The position numbers and the translations under genes are program-made. This document shows, piece after piece, positions 1-14,192 of a DNA stretch of 64,000 nt (the stretch's first letter is position 1; every line of letters begins with the position of its first letter). The notes below the pieces were generated by a model that searched no databases, was not told where the DNA came from, and saw only the letters and a list, made by a program, of their open reading frames with translations. The DNA is from Camelus dromedarius (taxonomy: Eukaryota), in NCBI RefSeq assembly GCF_036321535.1, contig NC_087437.1:102922001-102986000 (forward strand), written 5' to 3'.

Positions 1-809
1 TTTTTAAACAAACCTAAGAAGGCAAATATACAGTATTTAACATGAAAAACTTTCATTTTCTCTTTGGTCTCTTTAAAAAAGTAAAGAATTCTGGCCTACA
101 GTTTTCTTTGTGGGAAGCTTTTTTGGTAACTGCAGTAAGAAGTATTCACAAGTGTTTAAGTTGTCATAGTTATTAATAGTTCTGAGAATTTTCCTTAGAC
201 TTCCCAGTAAATTCAGTTGATGTTTGAATCTGTATAAATTCCAGTTGGCTTGAATTGATTTACTAATATATGGATAGTTATTAGAGCAGAAATAAAAGAA
301 TTGTGGTTCTAAATTTGTTTATTTCATATAATATTTACTATATTTATTTATTTTACTATTAATAGATGCATAGCTAGTTAGTTCTGTTTTTCTCAAATGG
401 GTATCCAGTTCTTTCAGCAACATTTATTGAAAATCTGTGTTTCCAGATTTAATATCACAAAGCCTTGATGGAAATCAACTAACCATGTATATTGGAGTGT
501 ATTTCTGAACTCTAGTATTTTTCATTTCTATATGTCTATTCTTGTTCCAACACCAAAGTATCTTGATTTCTATAGGTTTATATACATTTTTGAAACTAGG
601 TAATACACACTGTCCTTGTACTATTTGCAAAATTGTTTTGGCTATTCTAGGTCTTCATTTTTCACATAAATTTAGAGATTTCATGGCAGTTTACTCACAA
701 AAATAATGTCTACAGGAAATTTGGAGAGGATTGCATTGAATTTATAGATCAATTTTTTCAATTTATTTAGCTCTTTTTAAATTTATCTCAGAAATTTTTT
801 TCTCACATA

Positions 810-1101
810 TGTTGACCTGAAACAAATACACTGCAAGGTATTTCTCCAGTGAAGATGGATCATCAGAGAATTGCAGTTTAGTGTCTGCAACCATGGCAAG
901 CCCAGTGTGGGTCCCAACATGGCAAGTGAAGGAGAACACTTTTATAGAAAAGAAAAGGAAGTTGAGAGGGCTGTAAAAACAACGGAGTCTGTGGCTTTAC
1001 ATTGGATGAGTCCTTGCCAGGAATGGAGAGGGGTCTGAGAGCGCCCCCTTCTGGTGTCCCAACTCTATTTAATTGAGGTTTCTGTTTATTAACTGTTTAC
1101 A
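810..1101 (-). mobile_element. Solo LTR, ERV1-type
   Basis: Starts TG, ends CA, and is flanked by a 4-bp TSD CATA (806-809, 1102-1105). It interrupts L1 sequence. The minus strand has CCAAT (about 1001-1005) upstream of TATAAAAG (about 939-946). Confidence 0.8.
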
Positions 1102-2841
1102 CATATATTTTGTTAAACTTCTCCATAAATGCCTCATGTTCTTATTTTATTATAAAAGGTATTTTTATAGCAAAGATATACTTCTTTACTGATAACAGGA
1201 AGATAATATTTTGTATATTGGTCTATGCTTTGCAAACAGATTTACTTATTAAAATTCATAGTTTTGTAAGTAGTTTCTGTGAGTTCGTTACAAGTCATCT
1301 GTGACTTAGTTTTACTTCTTACCAATCTTTAGAGTTTTCTCCTTGTTTATTTATGTTCTTTCCCATTCCACTGCTTAGGAACGCCAGGACACTGTTGAAT
1401 AGAAGTGGTGAGACCAGACATCCTTGTCTTGTCCCTGAGTTTATGGAGAAAGCATTCAGACTTTCACCATTAAATACAATGTTAAGTGTAGGTATGGTGA
1501 TGATGTCCTTTTTTAGATTGTTGAGATGTTCTTCTTAGTTTAATGAGATATTTTATCACTAATGGATGTTGAATTTTGTCAAATGCTTTTTTGGTGGCTA
1601 TGCAAATGATCATATGATTTTTCTCTTTTATTTTATAAATGTGACAACTTACATTGTTTGATTTCCAATCCTGGGACAAATTCTGCTTGGTCAGGGAATA
1701 TTATTCATTTTAATATCTTGTTGGATTTGCTATGGTAATGTTTTCTTTTTGATTGTCATGTCTATGTTCATGACTACTGTTATTTTCAGTAATTTTTTTT
1801 CCTGCATTTGGTATAAGGGTAATGCTGTCTTTATAAATCAGTTGAGAACTGTTCTCTGCTTTTGTTTCCTGAATTTATATGAGTTTGATGCTTTTTTTTA
1901 AGTAGTTGATAAAATTCACCAGAAAAGTTATCTTGATATGGACTTTGCTTTGGGGATTTTTTTTTTTTTTGATATTGGCTTTATTCTATGTGTTGTGCAG
2001 TATATCCTTCTAAAGGTGGGAAGATTTTTAAAAAATTTTATTTCTTTAATAGTTGCATGTACATTAATTGATATTATTCTTGGGCCAGTTTTGGTAGGTT
2101 TTGTCTTTCAAGGAAAATAGGATATTTAAGTTTATATCTTTATTTTCTAATATTATGACTTAAGCTAATTTTTTAAATACTTCTGCAGCTGATAAATTTT
2201 GATATGTTTCATTAACTCAAAATAGTTTCCAATTTTTTCTGATCTATGGGTTATTTAGAAGTGTTATTTCATTTCAAAATATTTGGAATATGCCTAATAT
2301 TTTATTACTTATTTCTAATTTGATTACTTTATGTTTAGAGAATATACTTCAGATGATTTAGTTGTATTAAACTTACTAAGATTTATTTTATGGCCTAGAA
2401 TATCATCTAGCTTGGAGAATATTCAGTGTGTACTGGAAAACAATAACTATTCAACAATGATTGGTTGTAGAGTATGGTTAATGTTTATTATATTAACTTT
2501 GTTAATAGTGTCATTCACATCTTCTAAATCTTTTCCTATGTTGGTTTCCTTGTTTAAATTACTGAAAGAAGAGTGTTGAAATCTCTAATGATAATTGTTG
2601 ATTTGTTCATTTCAGTTCTGTCAGGTATTTCCTTTCAGTTCTTCATTTTTGTTGAAGCTCTGTTATTAGTGGCACATACAAAAAGGATTTTTATATCTTT
2701 CCTGTGAAATCATTCTTTTTTATAGTGAAACAACCCTCTATGGCTGGTCATGTTGTAAAGAACTTGGTTTTGCATGATACTAATGAAGCCTTTCTTGCCA
2801 TCTTATGATTAATGTTGCATGATATTTTTCCATGCTTATTA

Positions 2842-3308
2842 TGTTGGGGCTCAGATCAGACTGACCCAAGATGTGCCTCATTGATACACAATTATTTTTT
2901 AATTAAAATTACTTGAGAAACAGCTGATAGAAACAATTATTTAAAAAAAAAAATCATACCCCCTTCCTTTCCCCAGAAAGTGAGAAATAAATCTCCCATG
3001 CAAAGGTATCCTGCCCATACCAGGATAGAAAGCATTTTTATCATGAGTTAGGGAATTCAAGGCTAAGAAAGCTGTATAAATAAACTTTGTTACTTCTTCA
3101 TTAGTCTGCTGTCCCAAACACAAACCCCATTTTTTTGTTAAATCTTCACATTTCTCTAAAAATGATATATAAACAGCGTGTATTTCTATGAGACCTCCAT
3201 GCATGAAATTGTTTTTTTCTCCTGTCAATGTGTCTTGGGTCAATTTAATTATCAGACCAGCCAGAAGAACTCAAAAAGGGTAGGGGGAAAATTTCCCCCT
3301 CCTCTACA
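2842..3308 (+). mobile_element. Solo LTR, MER34/MER39-like (ERV1)
   Basis: Begins TGTTGGGGCTCAGA and ends TTTCCCCCTCCTCTACA, termini typical of MER34/MER39. It interrupts the L1; no clean TSD is visible. Confidence 0.7.
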
Positions 3309-3636
3309 CATATTTTTAAATGTCTGTTTCTGGTGTTTTCTGATTTGTATCTTTTTCTGATGCAATATCAGTGGTGCTTTTATATTTCTTCCTTTGTGCA
3401 TAAACTGATTCTTTAGCTGCTCTTATGGTCTCACCTTTATCTTTGATTTTTAGCAATACTGTTAAGATGTACCTCAGTGTGATGTCTTGAATGTTTATCC
3501 TAATTAAAGTTTGGTGAACTTTCTGAGTTAGGGGATTTGCATTTTCTCGTAAGATTTGGAGGAAAAAAAATTACCATTTCAAATATGCTGTGCCCCCTTT
3601 TCTGGAATTCTAACTCCATGTATGTTGGACTTCTTT

Positions 3637-3754
3637 ATTTGGGCAAGGAGGAGAAGGTAATTAGGATTGTTTGTTTAAATGGAGGTACTGGGGATTGAAC
3701 ACAGGACCTTGTGCATGTTAGGCATGCACTCTACCACTGAATTATACCCTTGCC
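3637..3754 (-). mobile_element. tRNA-Ala-derived SINE (camelid vic-1 type)
   Basis: Reverse complement reads GGGTATAATTCAGTGGTAGAGTGCATGCCTAACATGCACAAGGTCCTGTGTTCAATCCCCAGTACCTCCA (A/B boxes, tRNA-Ala-like), then an A-rich/CCTAATTACC tail. The direct repeat GACTTCTTT lies on both sides (3628-3636, 3757-3765). Confidence 0.85.
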
Positions 3755-5877
3755 TAGACTTCTTTGATCTTAACCCACAGACCACTGATATTTTGCTCAT
3801 TTATTTATTTATTTTCTGTGATTCAGTTTGGTTAATGTCTATTGTCATGTCTTCAAGTTCATTAATCATTTTTTCCTACAGTTTCTAATCTGTTGTTAAT
3901 TATTCACACAATGAATATTTGATTTTAGATACTGCACTTACAGCTCTAAAGTTCCATTTGATCTTTGATTTCTTTTTCTATGATTCCATTTATCTCTTTA
4001 TTATAATTCTTATTTTGCTTTGAATCCTTAAACACGTCTGCTAATTCCATTTTATTTGTCATTTGTATCTAATTTGATTGATATATTTTTATCCTGGTTA
4101 TAGGTCATGATTCTTCATTAGTGTACTATTTTTTGTTGTCATTATCACTGGTCATTGTGAATATCACATTGTTGAGTTTCTGGATGTTGAGGTTTCCCTC
4201 TAGAGAAGATTGTGCTTTGCTGTGATGACAAGTGATTTATTTGAGGATTAAATTGATCTGTTTAAGCTCCGTTTTAAAGAATTTTAGGGGGAATCTTTGA
4301 GTAGACAGTACTTTAGAACTAGCATAGCTCTACTACAAAGTCTTGGCCTTTTTGAAGTCCCGACCGAATGCCCCATTTACTCAACAAATTATTCTGCCTC
4401 ATTTGAACTTGGAAATCTCTCAGCCTTGTGAGTTGTGGTGGTTTTTAGGCTTATCATTCCCCAGTGGTGGTTCTTTTCCTTTGAAAAATTAGCTTAGTAT
4501 TCAACCAAGGACTCAAAGGGACTTATGCAGACTTGCAGGGCTGCTTATCTGTATAGCCTCCTCTTCACTAATACTGTGACACAGAGTTTAGTCACCTTAA
4601 CGCCTCTGAGCTTGACTTTGTCTCCAGAAATCATAGAAATGGTGTACGTATGCCTTCAAGCAGAAAGTCAAGAGTGATCATAAGTCTTATCTAATTTGCC
4701 ATTTCTCAAGGATCAGTGTTCTATGTGACCCATTGCCAATTGTAAAAATATATTTTCTAAATATGTTTTTCTATTTTTAAGTTGTTAGATAAGAGGGATT
4801 ATCTAGAACCAACGACGCCATCATGGCCAGCAATGTAAAGTTTATTATCTTTTTTTTTTAATAGCATATTTCTTATTAGAAGCCTTTACAAAACCTTATT
4901 CTTTCAATCTGGAACACAATCCCCTTGTCATGTTGTGTGACTCATTCAGATCTTAGCTTAAATGTCATTTAATTTTTTTTTCCAGGAAGTTCCCTGGAAT
5001 CTGCATGTCTGTATCTCTGTTTTATTTGCTGCTACAGTATTCTGTGCTTTCTCCATCTGTGCATCTACTATACTACACCACGTTTATTTGCCACTGAGTT
5101 GTTTATATGCATAACTGGAGAGTATGCCCGAAGTATTATAATGGGAAAAGACTGAAATATTTAGTCCCATAAATGTGAATAATTAAATTCAAATTTGGAG
5201 GAGAAAGAGATCAATTTCAAGCTGGGAAGAAAACATCATGACCTTCATAAGACATGACTGAATGTGAGCAATATAGAATGGGAGAGAGCCACATTATTGA
5301 TATAAGGGACCATATGAACAAAGATGCAGAAATTTTAAAGTTTGAAAACACAAAAGTGTATGTAAATAGAACTCAGGGCAAAATCTGAAGGATATTGAAT
5401 ACTGCTTACTATAATGACTGAACAATTTATATTCAACTCATCAAAAGTTTACAGGTTCAGATATTTTTGATAATTGTGTGAAGGTAGAGGAGGCATACTT
5501 AATGGGCAGCTGTTACAGAGGGAGGTCAAGATTTTATGTTCAAATGGATGTGTGGGAGTGAGGGAGGCGTAATGTTCAAAGTGTATTCTCAATTTTTATT
5601 TTCCTTGCCTGAATATCTGTTTATGCTTTTAATTGAGGCAGAGACTGCACAATGCATCAAAAGTTGGAGAAAGAGATTATGTAATTTTTAGAATGTAAAG
5701 TTAGAGCTGCCTGCTTCAAGTTCAGGTATGTGCAGTTAGCCATTGGATATGGGTTCTCCAGATAACAAAAATATAAACGTAGAAAAAGAAGATTGATAAC
5801 ACTGTGTTAATAAGCAATTAGTCAATTTAATGTGGGAAATTGTATAAATAAAATGACCCATTTTACCTACAATATCT

Positions 5878-5880
<3 letters not shown>

Positions 5881-5922
<42 letters not shown>
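5881..5922. repeat. (TA)n microsatellite within an old L1ME-like 3' fragment
   Basis: About 20 perfect TA units seen directly. Confidence 0.95.
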
Positions 5923-5925
<3 letters not shown>

Positions 5926-8900
5926 GTTATTTAATAAGAAGTTTTATGCACTTTGCAACAGTGCTATATATGGATAGTGATTTGCACAAAACAACTAAAA
6001 GATATTTTTCAGGGAAATTGAATATAGATGGCATAGTATGTGATATTAAAGAATATTATATTAGGTAAAAGAATGGCATAGTGTTTCCATTAGAAAAGAG
6101 GTCTCTGTTAGAAAGCGATACATAAAGAATTTATAGATCAAATGGTATTATATCTGAGATTTGCTTTAAAATACTACAGCAAAAGTCAATAGGGAAGGAG
6201 GTACAACAAAATTAGAAGAATTTGGATCATTCTTGAAGCCACATTATCTACCTTTGTTTATGTTTGACAGTTCCTATATTAAAATTAGAAGTGCACCATT
6301 TAAAAGAAAGTTCCTGATTAAAAATATAGATTTTGTGGAAATATACATATATGTATGTATATGATAATTTTAGTTATAAATTATATAAATTTGCTATAGA
6401 ATAGAATATAGACTTAGAAGACCAAAAACAGACATCTTGGAGCTAATAGTAATTTAGATAGCTGGAGAAAGATTAGATATAGGAGCCATAGAAATATCTG
6501 GAAAAGTATGGTGGTATGGGTGGGTGGGCTTTTACTATGATAATGAAAATAAAAATTATGAGGAAAGGAAAGATGCAAGATGCACCATGGTCATGGTAAA
6601 ATCTACAGAGTTGGCAACTGCTTCAGTTTGAAGTCAAGACAGGGGAACGAACTCAATCTTGAAACCAGTTTTGTTCTTTACTCTAGTGATGCCATCAACC
6701 AAAATGGCAAACAGAGAATGAATGTAGCCTTAGGAGGAAGTATGATGGATGTGATCTAATTGTAAGACAGTACGTTAAAGAAAAGGCACTTCAGCCCTCA
6801 CAACAGTGAGGGACACCTATTGTCTCTTCCACACACTCTGGTTTTTGAGTCTGCTTGATGCTGCTGTGGAAATGTTTTGACTTAAATATATTTAAAAATT
6901 GTATTCATTTAAATTTTGACGTTTTAATAGCAATTCATTAAAATGTTAAAATTATTTATACGTTTGTCTGTGTCTTGGGGATCTTTCATACTTTCCTTTC
7001 CCTTTTAAAAAAAAAATGAGTACAGGACAGTCCAGTTTTGTGTTAGTTAACCTAGGTTATTCATCACATCACTGTGATATTCTGCATTTTACTCTATTTT
7101 TCAACTTCAGATTAAATAAGTGATTTATTAATGATATGATGAAATCTGGGAGTTTTCTTTGCCTTTAATAAATGGTATGAGGTCCTCTTTTGGAATAAGA
7201 TCTTTAAAGGAATATAATTTTAGTAAAAAGTATTGTAATATACAAAATATGCTGAGTAATTTCAGATCACTTAAACCTAAGTCTTATAATTGCAGCACAA
7301 TTTAGTTTGATTATATTCTTCCCAAATTAAATCAGAAATTGATTCTATCTTATGCAACCATGGGTACTTTTTTCCTTAAGATTGTAATCCCAAGTGAAAA
7401 TACATGAACTATCCAGAAAACTTTAGTAAACACTCTTAAAAAATAGTTTACTAAATAATTAGTCTAGTTTAATTTGGTATGTGGAGCCACCATCTTAAGC
7501 CTTCATTTTAATCTGTAAAGAAGGTCCTTCTTGCTTGAGCTTGTTGCAATCAGTACCCTCTGCTTCCTGCCCTTGACTTGATGTCTGGAGAATGTCCAGA
7601 CACCACTCCAGCCCATTTTGTCTCCTTCACTCTTTGCAGGTACCTGTGCACAAGAATGTCGAAATTAAAATGAACTTGCTATTATGGTATGCTGGTTCTG
7701 TATTATTTCTGTCTCTTATTATAAAAGACAAAGCATTTTTCTTTTGTTTAACAACAGAGACAAACCAAAATAAGGTAAATTCCAAATTAGCAGTGTTTGA
7801 ATTCCAGCGGAGTAAATTTATTTTGGATGCACACAAACATCTTTGATTATAAGGGGATGTACTCATCAAGAACAACAATATTTTATCATTAAATTATTTT
7901 ATAACAAATGTTTGCCCTCCATATTTGGTCTGAATATGTGGAGGATATATGACAATACAAATGTAATAAAGCTAGTCAAGAATTGCTTAACAATCCTCTG
8001 AAAGTGGTTCCAGATCACTTATGATGGAAGTCTTTTGTCTATAATAAACACCAAGTCATAACTCTGGAAGTCAGCTTTAGTTAGATGGATGCATAGATAC
8101 ATAGATTTAGGTATAAGTGTAGACATGGCCATTGCTATGGACATTTCTTACTTCCTAGATGGTATTCTTTAATTAATATTTTTCAGAAACTAAGAAAATG
8201 AGTTCAGAATAACTGAACTTTTGCAAAAGAATGACAACTTTCTTCCAGAAACCAAAATCATAACTGTATGCAAAGCTACAGATATAAAGCAGTTGTAATT
8301 TATCTTCTAACAAAGACACGAGAAAATCGGATGCAGGGCTGGCTAGGAAAATTGCATCTGTTCTAATAAGGGCTTAATGTCTCTTCATTCGTTGTCTAAG
8401 TTTCACCTCTCTCTTCAATCATAGTGTCCTAATTTCTCTCCTTTGTATCAAAATCCAAATTATTACTGGCATTCCAAATTTCTATACCCGCAGTTGTTCG
8501 ATTCACATGGAGGAGCAGCTGTATTCCTATGGATTTTTTTTTTTAAACTTTTCTCTAATAGACTCTGTAACATGCCTGCCATGTGTTCCTTATTCCCATG
8601 GAATGACTTCTTTATTCACCTGTGGACTCATGGCTGTATCTTTCACTTAACTGATGTGTTACTTATGGCTTCACTGATGGAGAGGAATTATTTTCCTGCC
8701 CCTAATTTTGGCCGGAAGAGTAATTCACCACTTGAATCAGAGCTAAAATTAGCTTCCATATTGGTAGGAAATAGGGACATCTTGTCATGAACACTTTTCC
8801 CTACCAGATTGTGGGTTTTAGTCTTTACATTTTACACACAGTGTTATGGATTGCAGTAGTTTTAAGAATTGGCGAAAATGCTGTTTTTGTTACTTCCACA

Positions 8901-10581
8901 AATTATTTGAGACACAGGAGAGTTGGTAGTCTTTAGGATACTGTGTAGGTTTGTGATTGTAAAGCGATTATATGTTTAACGCTTTAGAAAGTAATCCTAT
9001 ATCACCATATTTATACAATCATCATGTGTGTACGTTGCCAAGTAAATGAAAGGAGGAAATTAAGGGCATTACACTTTATAATGTGTGCCCTGTTATAAAA
9101 TCTCTAAAGTGACAACTTCCTTGATATGGAATCATCTGCGGTTTTAAAAAAGATCTTCATAAAACATGCAGAGAACAGCTGCCTGCCCTTGCAGCTGCAG
9201 GACAGAAATACTTCGCTTCACGGTTTCTGTTTGCACCAGGCCAGGTGAAGGTTAGACGGACCCGCTCTTGACAAAACTGTGAAGTCTTTGAAGCTTTGTT
9301 GCTGTTCTTGTTGTTTGATTTCTAGCTAAATTGAACATCCGTTATAACAATGCTTTTCTCCAGTTGCAGAAATATAGAGCCTCGCTGTGTTTCTCATTCT
9401 TTCTGACATAGAAGCTACTTGTCATTGATAGAATGAGACATTTAGGAGAAAGTTCTGGATTCTGAGCTCTGTTAGATCTAGATTTGAATCTCGCCTCTGA
9501 CACTTGTTAGCCATCTAATCTCTGGAAATTTAACCTTAGTATTTTCCCATATATTTGTTTGCATTAAAAAAAAAAAACATTGAACTGTGCTAGACATAAG
9601 TATAAAACAGCAACCAGCCTACTGTTAGGGAAGCAAAAATGTAAAGGTGGAAAGATTTAGGGACTATACTGCAGCTTTATCAGTAAAACTGAATAAATCT
9701 CACCTGTGCAAACATTTCCTAATTTCTTACTATTTATTTTTTCAAAACTTTAACTCCACATTACAGTGTTGTGTATTTAGAGGAATAGTGGATAAGGTAA
9801 AACTTCCAGGACATCCTGGAAGATGTGAAGGTTAACGTGACAATAGGATTTTATTATGTAGGACATGTGCATCCCACATACACAGTGAAGGACAAGAACA
9901 AGGCTCCAACATCATTATTTTTTAGTATTGATTTGGAAAGACATTTTGCTTCAATTATTCATTTAATTGTTTGGCCTTGATATATAGTATATTAGATGAG
10001 CACTGAAGCATTGAAAAATACTGGGAAAGAATTTTGATTCAGCCTAGGTTATTGAGTAAAAGAATTTCAGTTCCAAATGTATAGGATCACTTCATGCTGT
10101 AACAAAGAACTCTCTGAAATACTGAGTGAGAAATTTGGATTATCAACCTCTATGTGGATTTTCTAGTGCTATCTAGCATACCTTCATTACAACACACAGA
10201 AAGATATTTTCCTATGAATTACATCAGTCCAGAAAAAGCTAGATCATTGAAAACAAAATTACAGCATGTGACTATGCAGCTGTTTAGATAGGAAGGGGAA
10301 AGATCAATAATCTTGAAACAAAAAAGGACTAAGTTAGGGATAAAGCACCTATAAGGTATTTGCTGCATTTTTATTTATATAAATTGCATTCATTTGTTCA
10401 ACAAACGGAAATTAAGTACTTACAGTGTTCAACTTTTAGAGTAATTTATTAGAAGGTAGAGTTGTTCTTATTACATTCGCAATCAGATGATCAATAAAAG
10501 CTTATTTGAGATGTTAGACCAGTATGTGCATTTATGACAGTCTCATCATGGAGGTTTGTTGAGTGATCTGACAGCAGTGTT

Positions 10582-10582
<1 letters not shown>

Positions 10583-10613
<31 letters not shown>

Positions 10614-10645
10614 ATCTATCTATCTGTATCTATTTATTTATCTCT
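10583..10645. repeat. Compound (TGTC)n(TATC)n tetranucleotide microsatellite
   Basis: Seen directly. Confidence 0.9.
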
Positions 10646-11069
10646 CTGTTACTGTAAGGGCCAAATATAAACATGAAGACCCTAAGCCAATTAGAAGAGC
10701 TAAAGAGCTGGAGGTGCACCCGGTGAATAATTGATAATTGATGCGTTCAGACCAAGGAAAGCCAAATCAACAGAGATTTTGTAGTAGTGCAAATCAAGCA
10801 ATGTTCTAGGTCTATATGACAAACGCAAAAGCGTTTGTCTCCATGGCGTCTTTAATTTTATTAGTTTTGTACTTTAAATAATATTTTACAATCAGTTTGG
10901 GTTTCATAATTAGTTAATAGCTAGTTTGAGGAGTTTCTACCAAGTTAGTCAATTTTGGATGCAATGAGAATCTTTTTTCCTTTAGGATTAGTATATACAA
11001 GTTTAGAAAACTTTAAATTTACTGTATGACATGTGTATTTAAGATATATAGTTTTAAATCATTGTCCAC

Positions 11070-11842
11070 TGTTCTGTTTCCATCCCAGCTGGTGTGCTGC
11101 AGTGTAATTCTGACACTAACCAGCTGGAGGTGGTGCAGACCCCACGAGTTAAGGCCTCGGGGCCCCACAAGATGCCCCTCCCATCAGACGCCAGCTGCAA
11201 GTGGGGCCCCCAGGCCGCTCACACTTCTGACGGACCTGCTTCAAATTAAAGGCTTCTCATGACTCCTTGAGGTTTGAGAATTTGCTGGAATAACTCCCAG
11301 AGCTCAGAAAAGTGCTCTACTTAATGGATACCAGGTTATTATAAAGGACACAACTCAAGAAGAACTTAATAAAGAGACAGGTAGGGTGAGACCCAGGAGA
11401 GTCCCCAACACAAAGTTTTAGTGCTTTTTTTCCAGTGGAATTAAGGCTTGTCATGTTCCTACCACAATATGTTTACTACCCAGGAAGCTCCCCTGAACTC
11501 GAGGTCCAAAGTTTTTACTGATGTTGCATTACATAGGAATGATCGATTAAATCATTGGTGTTGGGACCGAACTTAATATTCAGCCTTCTCGAGGTTGGGA
11601 AGTCTCCAAGTCCTGGTCCTCTGAGCACATGCCTAGTCTTTTTGACATAATGAGCTCCCATCATGCCTTTAGGGGCTTATCATGAATGAATTTATTAGCG
11701 TATACTATCGGATGTGGTCAAAGGAATTCATGAATAATAAAGACCCTCCCATCACTTGTGAAATTGCAAGGAGTTAGAATCTCCCTCCCAGTAACCACAG
11801 AAGAAAGCTAGCCAAATTCTTTTTTATTATTATTATATAATA
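11070..11842 (-). mobile_element. MER21-family LTR
   Basis: Segments AATTCTGACACTAACCAGCTGGAG...CAGACCCCAC...AATTTGCTGGAATAACTCCCAGAGCTCAGAAAAG...TTATTATAAAGGA match the remembered MER21 antisense consensus. It forms a GC-richer block in an AT-rich background. Confidence 0.75.
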
Positions 11843-13769
11843 ACCACCCTTTGTATCATATTTGGATACAAATCCATTATGTATGAGGGTCAGAAGTATG
11901 TAGTATTTGGGTACAGTTTAGACAATTTTGGAATGATTCAGTTGATGAAAAATCATGATGGAATACAACGAGTTAAAATATTTCATTTCCCATTTGTTTC
12001 TCATTCGCACTCTGCATTATGTCTCTAAAAAATGATGGGGACTTTGGCAGGAGGAATTCTATGCCTGGAATCTCATTGTGTGTCTCACTGAACTTATGAT
12101 AATACATTTAGGGAAACTTTTTACAATATTCATATTTGCATCTTCATATGTACCTTATACCACTTTAAGAAAACTCTATTACCCCACATCCAATTCAGAA
12201 GCAAATTCAGAAAATGATTTATTTCACACAGACAGTCATCCATAACACATTGGAAAATAGAATCATATTTTTCACAAAATACAATTCTAGGACATGATTT
12301 TAGAACCATTATGTATAATGAATGACAAATCTACATGTAAATTAAGAAAAACTCTTCTTGTGAAATAGAAAAAAATGGGTCATGTGTCTTAAAAATATAC
12401 ATAAAACATAGAGATTAATGTTTGCTGATTCACCAGATTGTAAATTTTCATGAGCAGTTGTGCTAAAAACTTTGTTTAAATACCAGTTCAGCAAATTATA
12501 AGCATTAAAGATCACAATTTACATAACGACTATAGGCTGTCAGGGGGATTAGAATATATTTAGATCTGCAGAAATTCTGTACGAAGAAGAAAGGTCCTCT
12601 CAAGTTCATACCGTTTTCCCTCTTTATATTTAGTGAAAATGCCCCAATTTTGCTTTCCTCTGTCTCAGTCTTACATTTGATATATGTACTTAAATGATTA
12701 CAGGCATGAAAAGAAGAAAAAACATTCTTAGTAATGATTGGCATGTACCAAGATATAGACGAACGCCTGTAAAAATCCTGTCGGATTACCCCAAATCCGA
12801 GGAAGCAAATCATCCTTACACCTAAATGTTACCAGCATCAACACTGATCTGAAATAGATCCTTTATTTGTGAAGAAACCAGGTTGACGTTTAATCTGTCC
12901 CAAAGTATCATGAGTAAGTAGTTTAAGTTTGTCACTTGGAAGAAATTTTGGCAGTTCTGTGAGGAGATTAAAATGCTTTTATGAATAGATAAAAAAGGGA
13001 AGTCCCAGTTTCTTATTCAGTCCTTGTGCTTAAAATAATGAAGTATCCGATTAGCATATTCTCTCATCCCCTTTCCTAAATAGTAATGATGAAGCAAAAA
13101 GAGACTTTTATATAATCTTATAGTTCTGTCCTTGATGTATGGCATTGAATTAATGATGTCCGGAAGACAGACTAAGAAACTCAGCAATTCCTCAGAAGAA
13201 GCTTACACTCTAGTAAAAATAAAGATAAATGCATTATTTTCAGTAGTGGCAGCCAAAATCGAGGTCAGTGATTACCTGTAGGAGAGAGCATGACTGAAGT
13301 ACTTCAAAGGCAGTTTACCCCAGGAGTGGAGACTGCAGAGCAACGTAGGAAGGGAGAAGGGAGAATGAAGCTTTCTCATTGTTAAGAACGCAGCCCATCT
13401 GCCTGGCTCTCTTTACTGTTCTCAGTGTTGTGGGTTAATCAGCACTCTTCTCTCTCGATGACAGTTTGTCTTGCAAAGTGATATTTTTAAGGTTTTAATT
13501 TCCTTCTCGCACACATACAATTCTCAAAAACATAACACACACAGACACAATTTCACAAACCCAACATCCTCACATATTGTTAGTTGGCTTTGTTTTTAAT
13601 TTGCTTAGCATATTACTTATTCTTATAGTCAAAACATTTCGTTGTCATGCTCTGTTTTTCTTTTAAGTATGTTACTTTTTATAATGCACATGTGTTAATT
13701 ATCAGTAGGTTTAGTTTGATTAGAGTATCTGTAGAGCTACCAGCCTGACGTAAAATAATTTCTTTTTGG

Positions 13770-13990
13770 TTGGCTAAGTGTCAGGCATGTTTCTAAGAAC
13801 TTACATGGATTATCTGTTTAATCACTATAAAAACTCTATGGAGAAATTAATATTGCTTCTTCTTTACAGATAAATGGAAGCCAAGTAAACTTAGGTAAGT
13901 AAAAGATTTCACATCTAATGAGTAGTAGGGCTGAGATGTGAACCTGACATTCTGCTCCGAGCATTTTGTGGTCTAGCTGTCTAATTATTG
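13770..13990 (-). mobile_element. MIR SINE
   Basis: Antisense MIR hallmarks TTTACAGATAAATGGAAG...GGGCTGAGATGTGAACCTG. Confidence 0.65.
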
Positions 13991-14173
13991 CAGTGGGACC
14001 AGATAGGGTCCTGGTGATCCCAGTTTTCTCCTGGCCCAGTCTCCCTGGATTGGGCCAATGCAGTGAATAAACACAAAAATGATCCCTGGAATCACTGCAG
14101 GTATATTGGAAGTGTCAGCTAGCTCCCCAGTACCTAGGAAAGTCTCTAATTACACTTATGCTAGAGTGGACAG

Positions 14174-14192
14174 TTGCCACCAGGTGGCACCA
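14174..14192 (+). promoter_or_regulatory. CTCF binding motif (candidate insulator or loop anchor)
   Basis: TTGCCACCAGGTGGCACCA closely matches the CTCF core consensus CCASYAGRKGGCRS. Binding cannot be shown from sequence. Confidence 0.7.

Larger units (their letters stand above)
318..4830 (-). mobile_element. Old, degraded LINE-1 (L1M-type; ORF2, ORF1 and 5' region), interrupted by two LTRs and a SINE
   Basis: Minus-strand ORF 1482-1679 ([23 protein letters not shown]) resembles the L1 ORF2 RT motif [24 protein letters not shown] 1353-1538 ([14 protein letters not shown]) is the typical antisense L1 reading. T-rich L1-antisense composition continues to about 4.8 kb. Confidence 0.85.

Noticed and set aside
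12675..12848. Minus-strand segment bounded by TTTCAG| and |GTAAGA with several CpGs, as a coding exon
   Set aside because: All three frames contain stops, the pyrimidine tract is weak and no peptide is recognised. A non-coding or first exon cannot be excluded.
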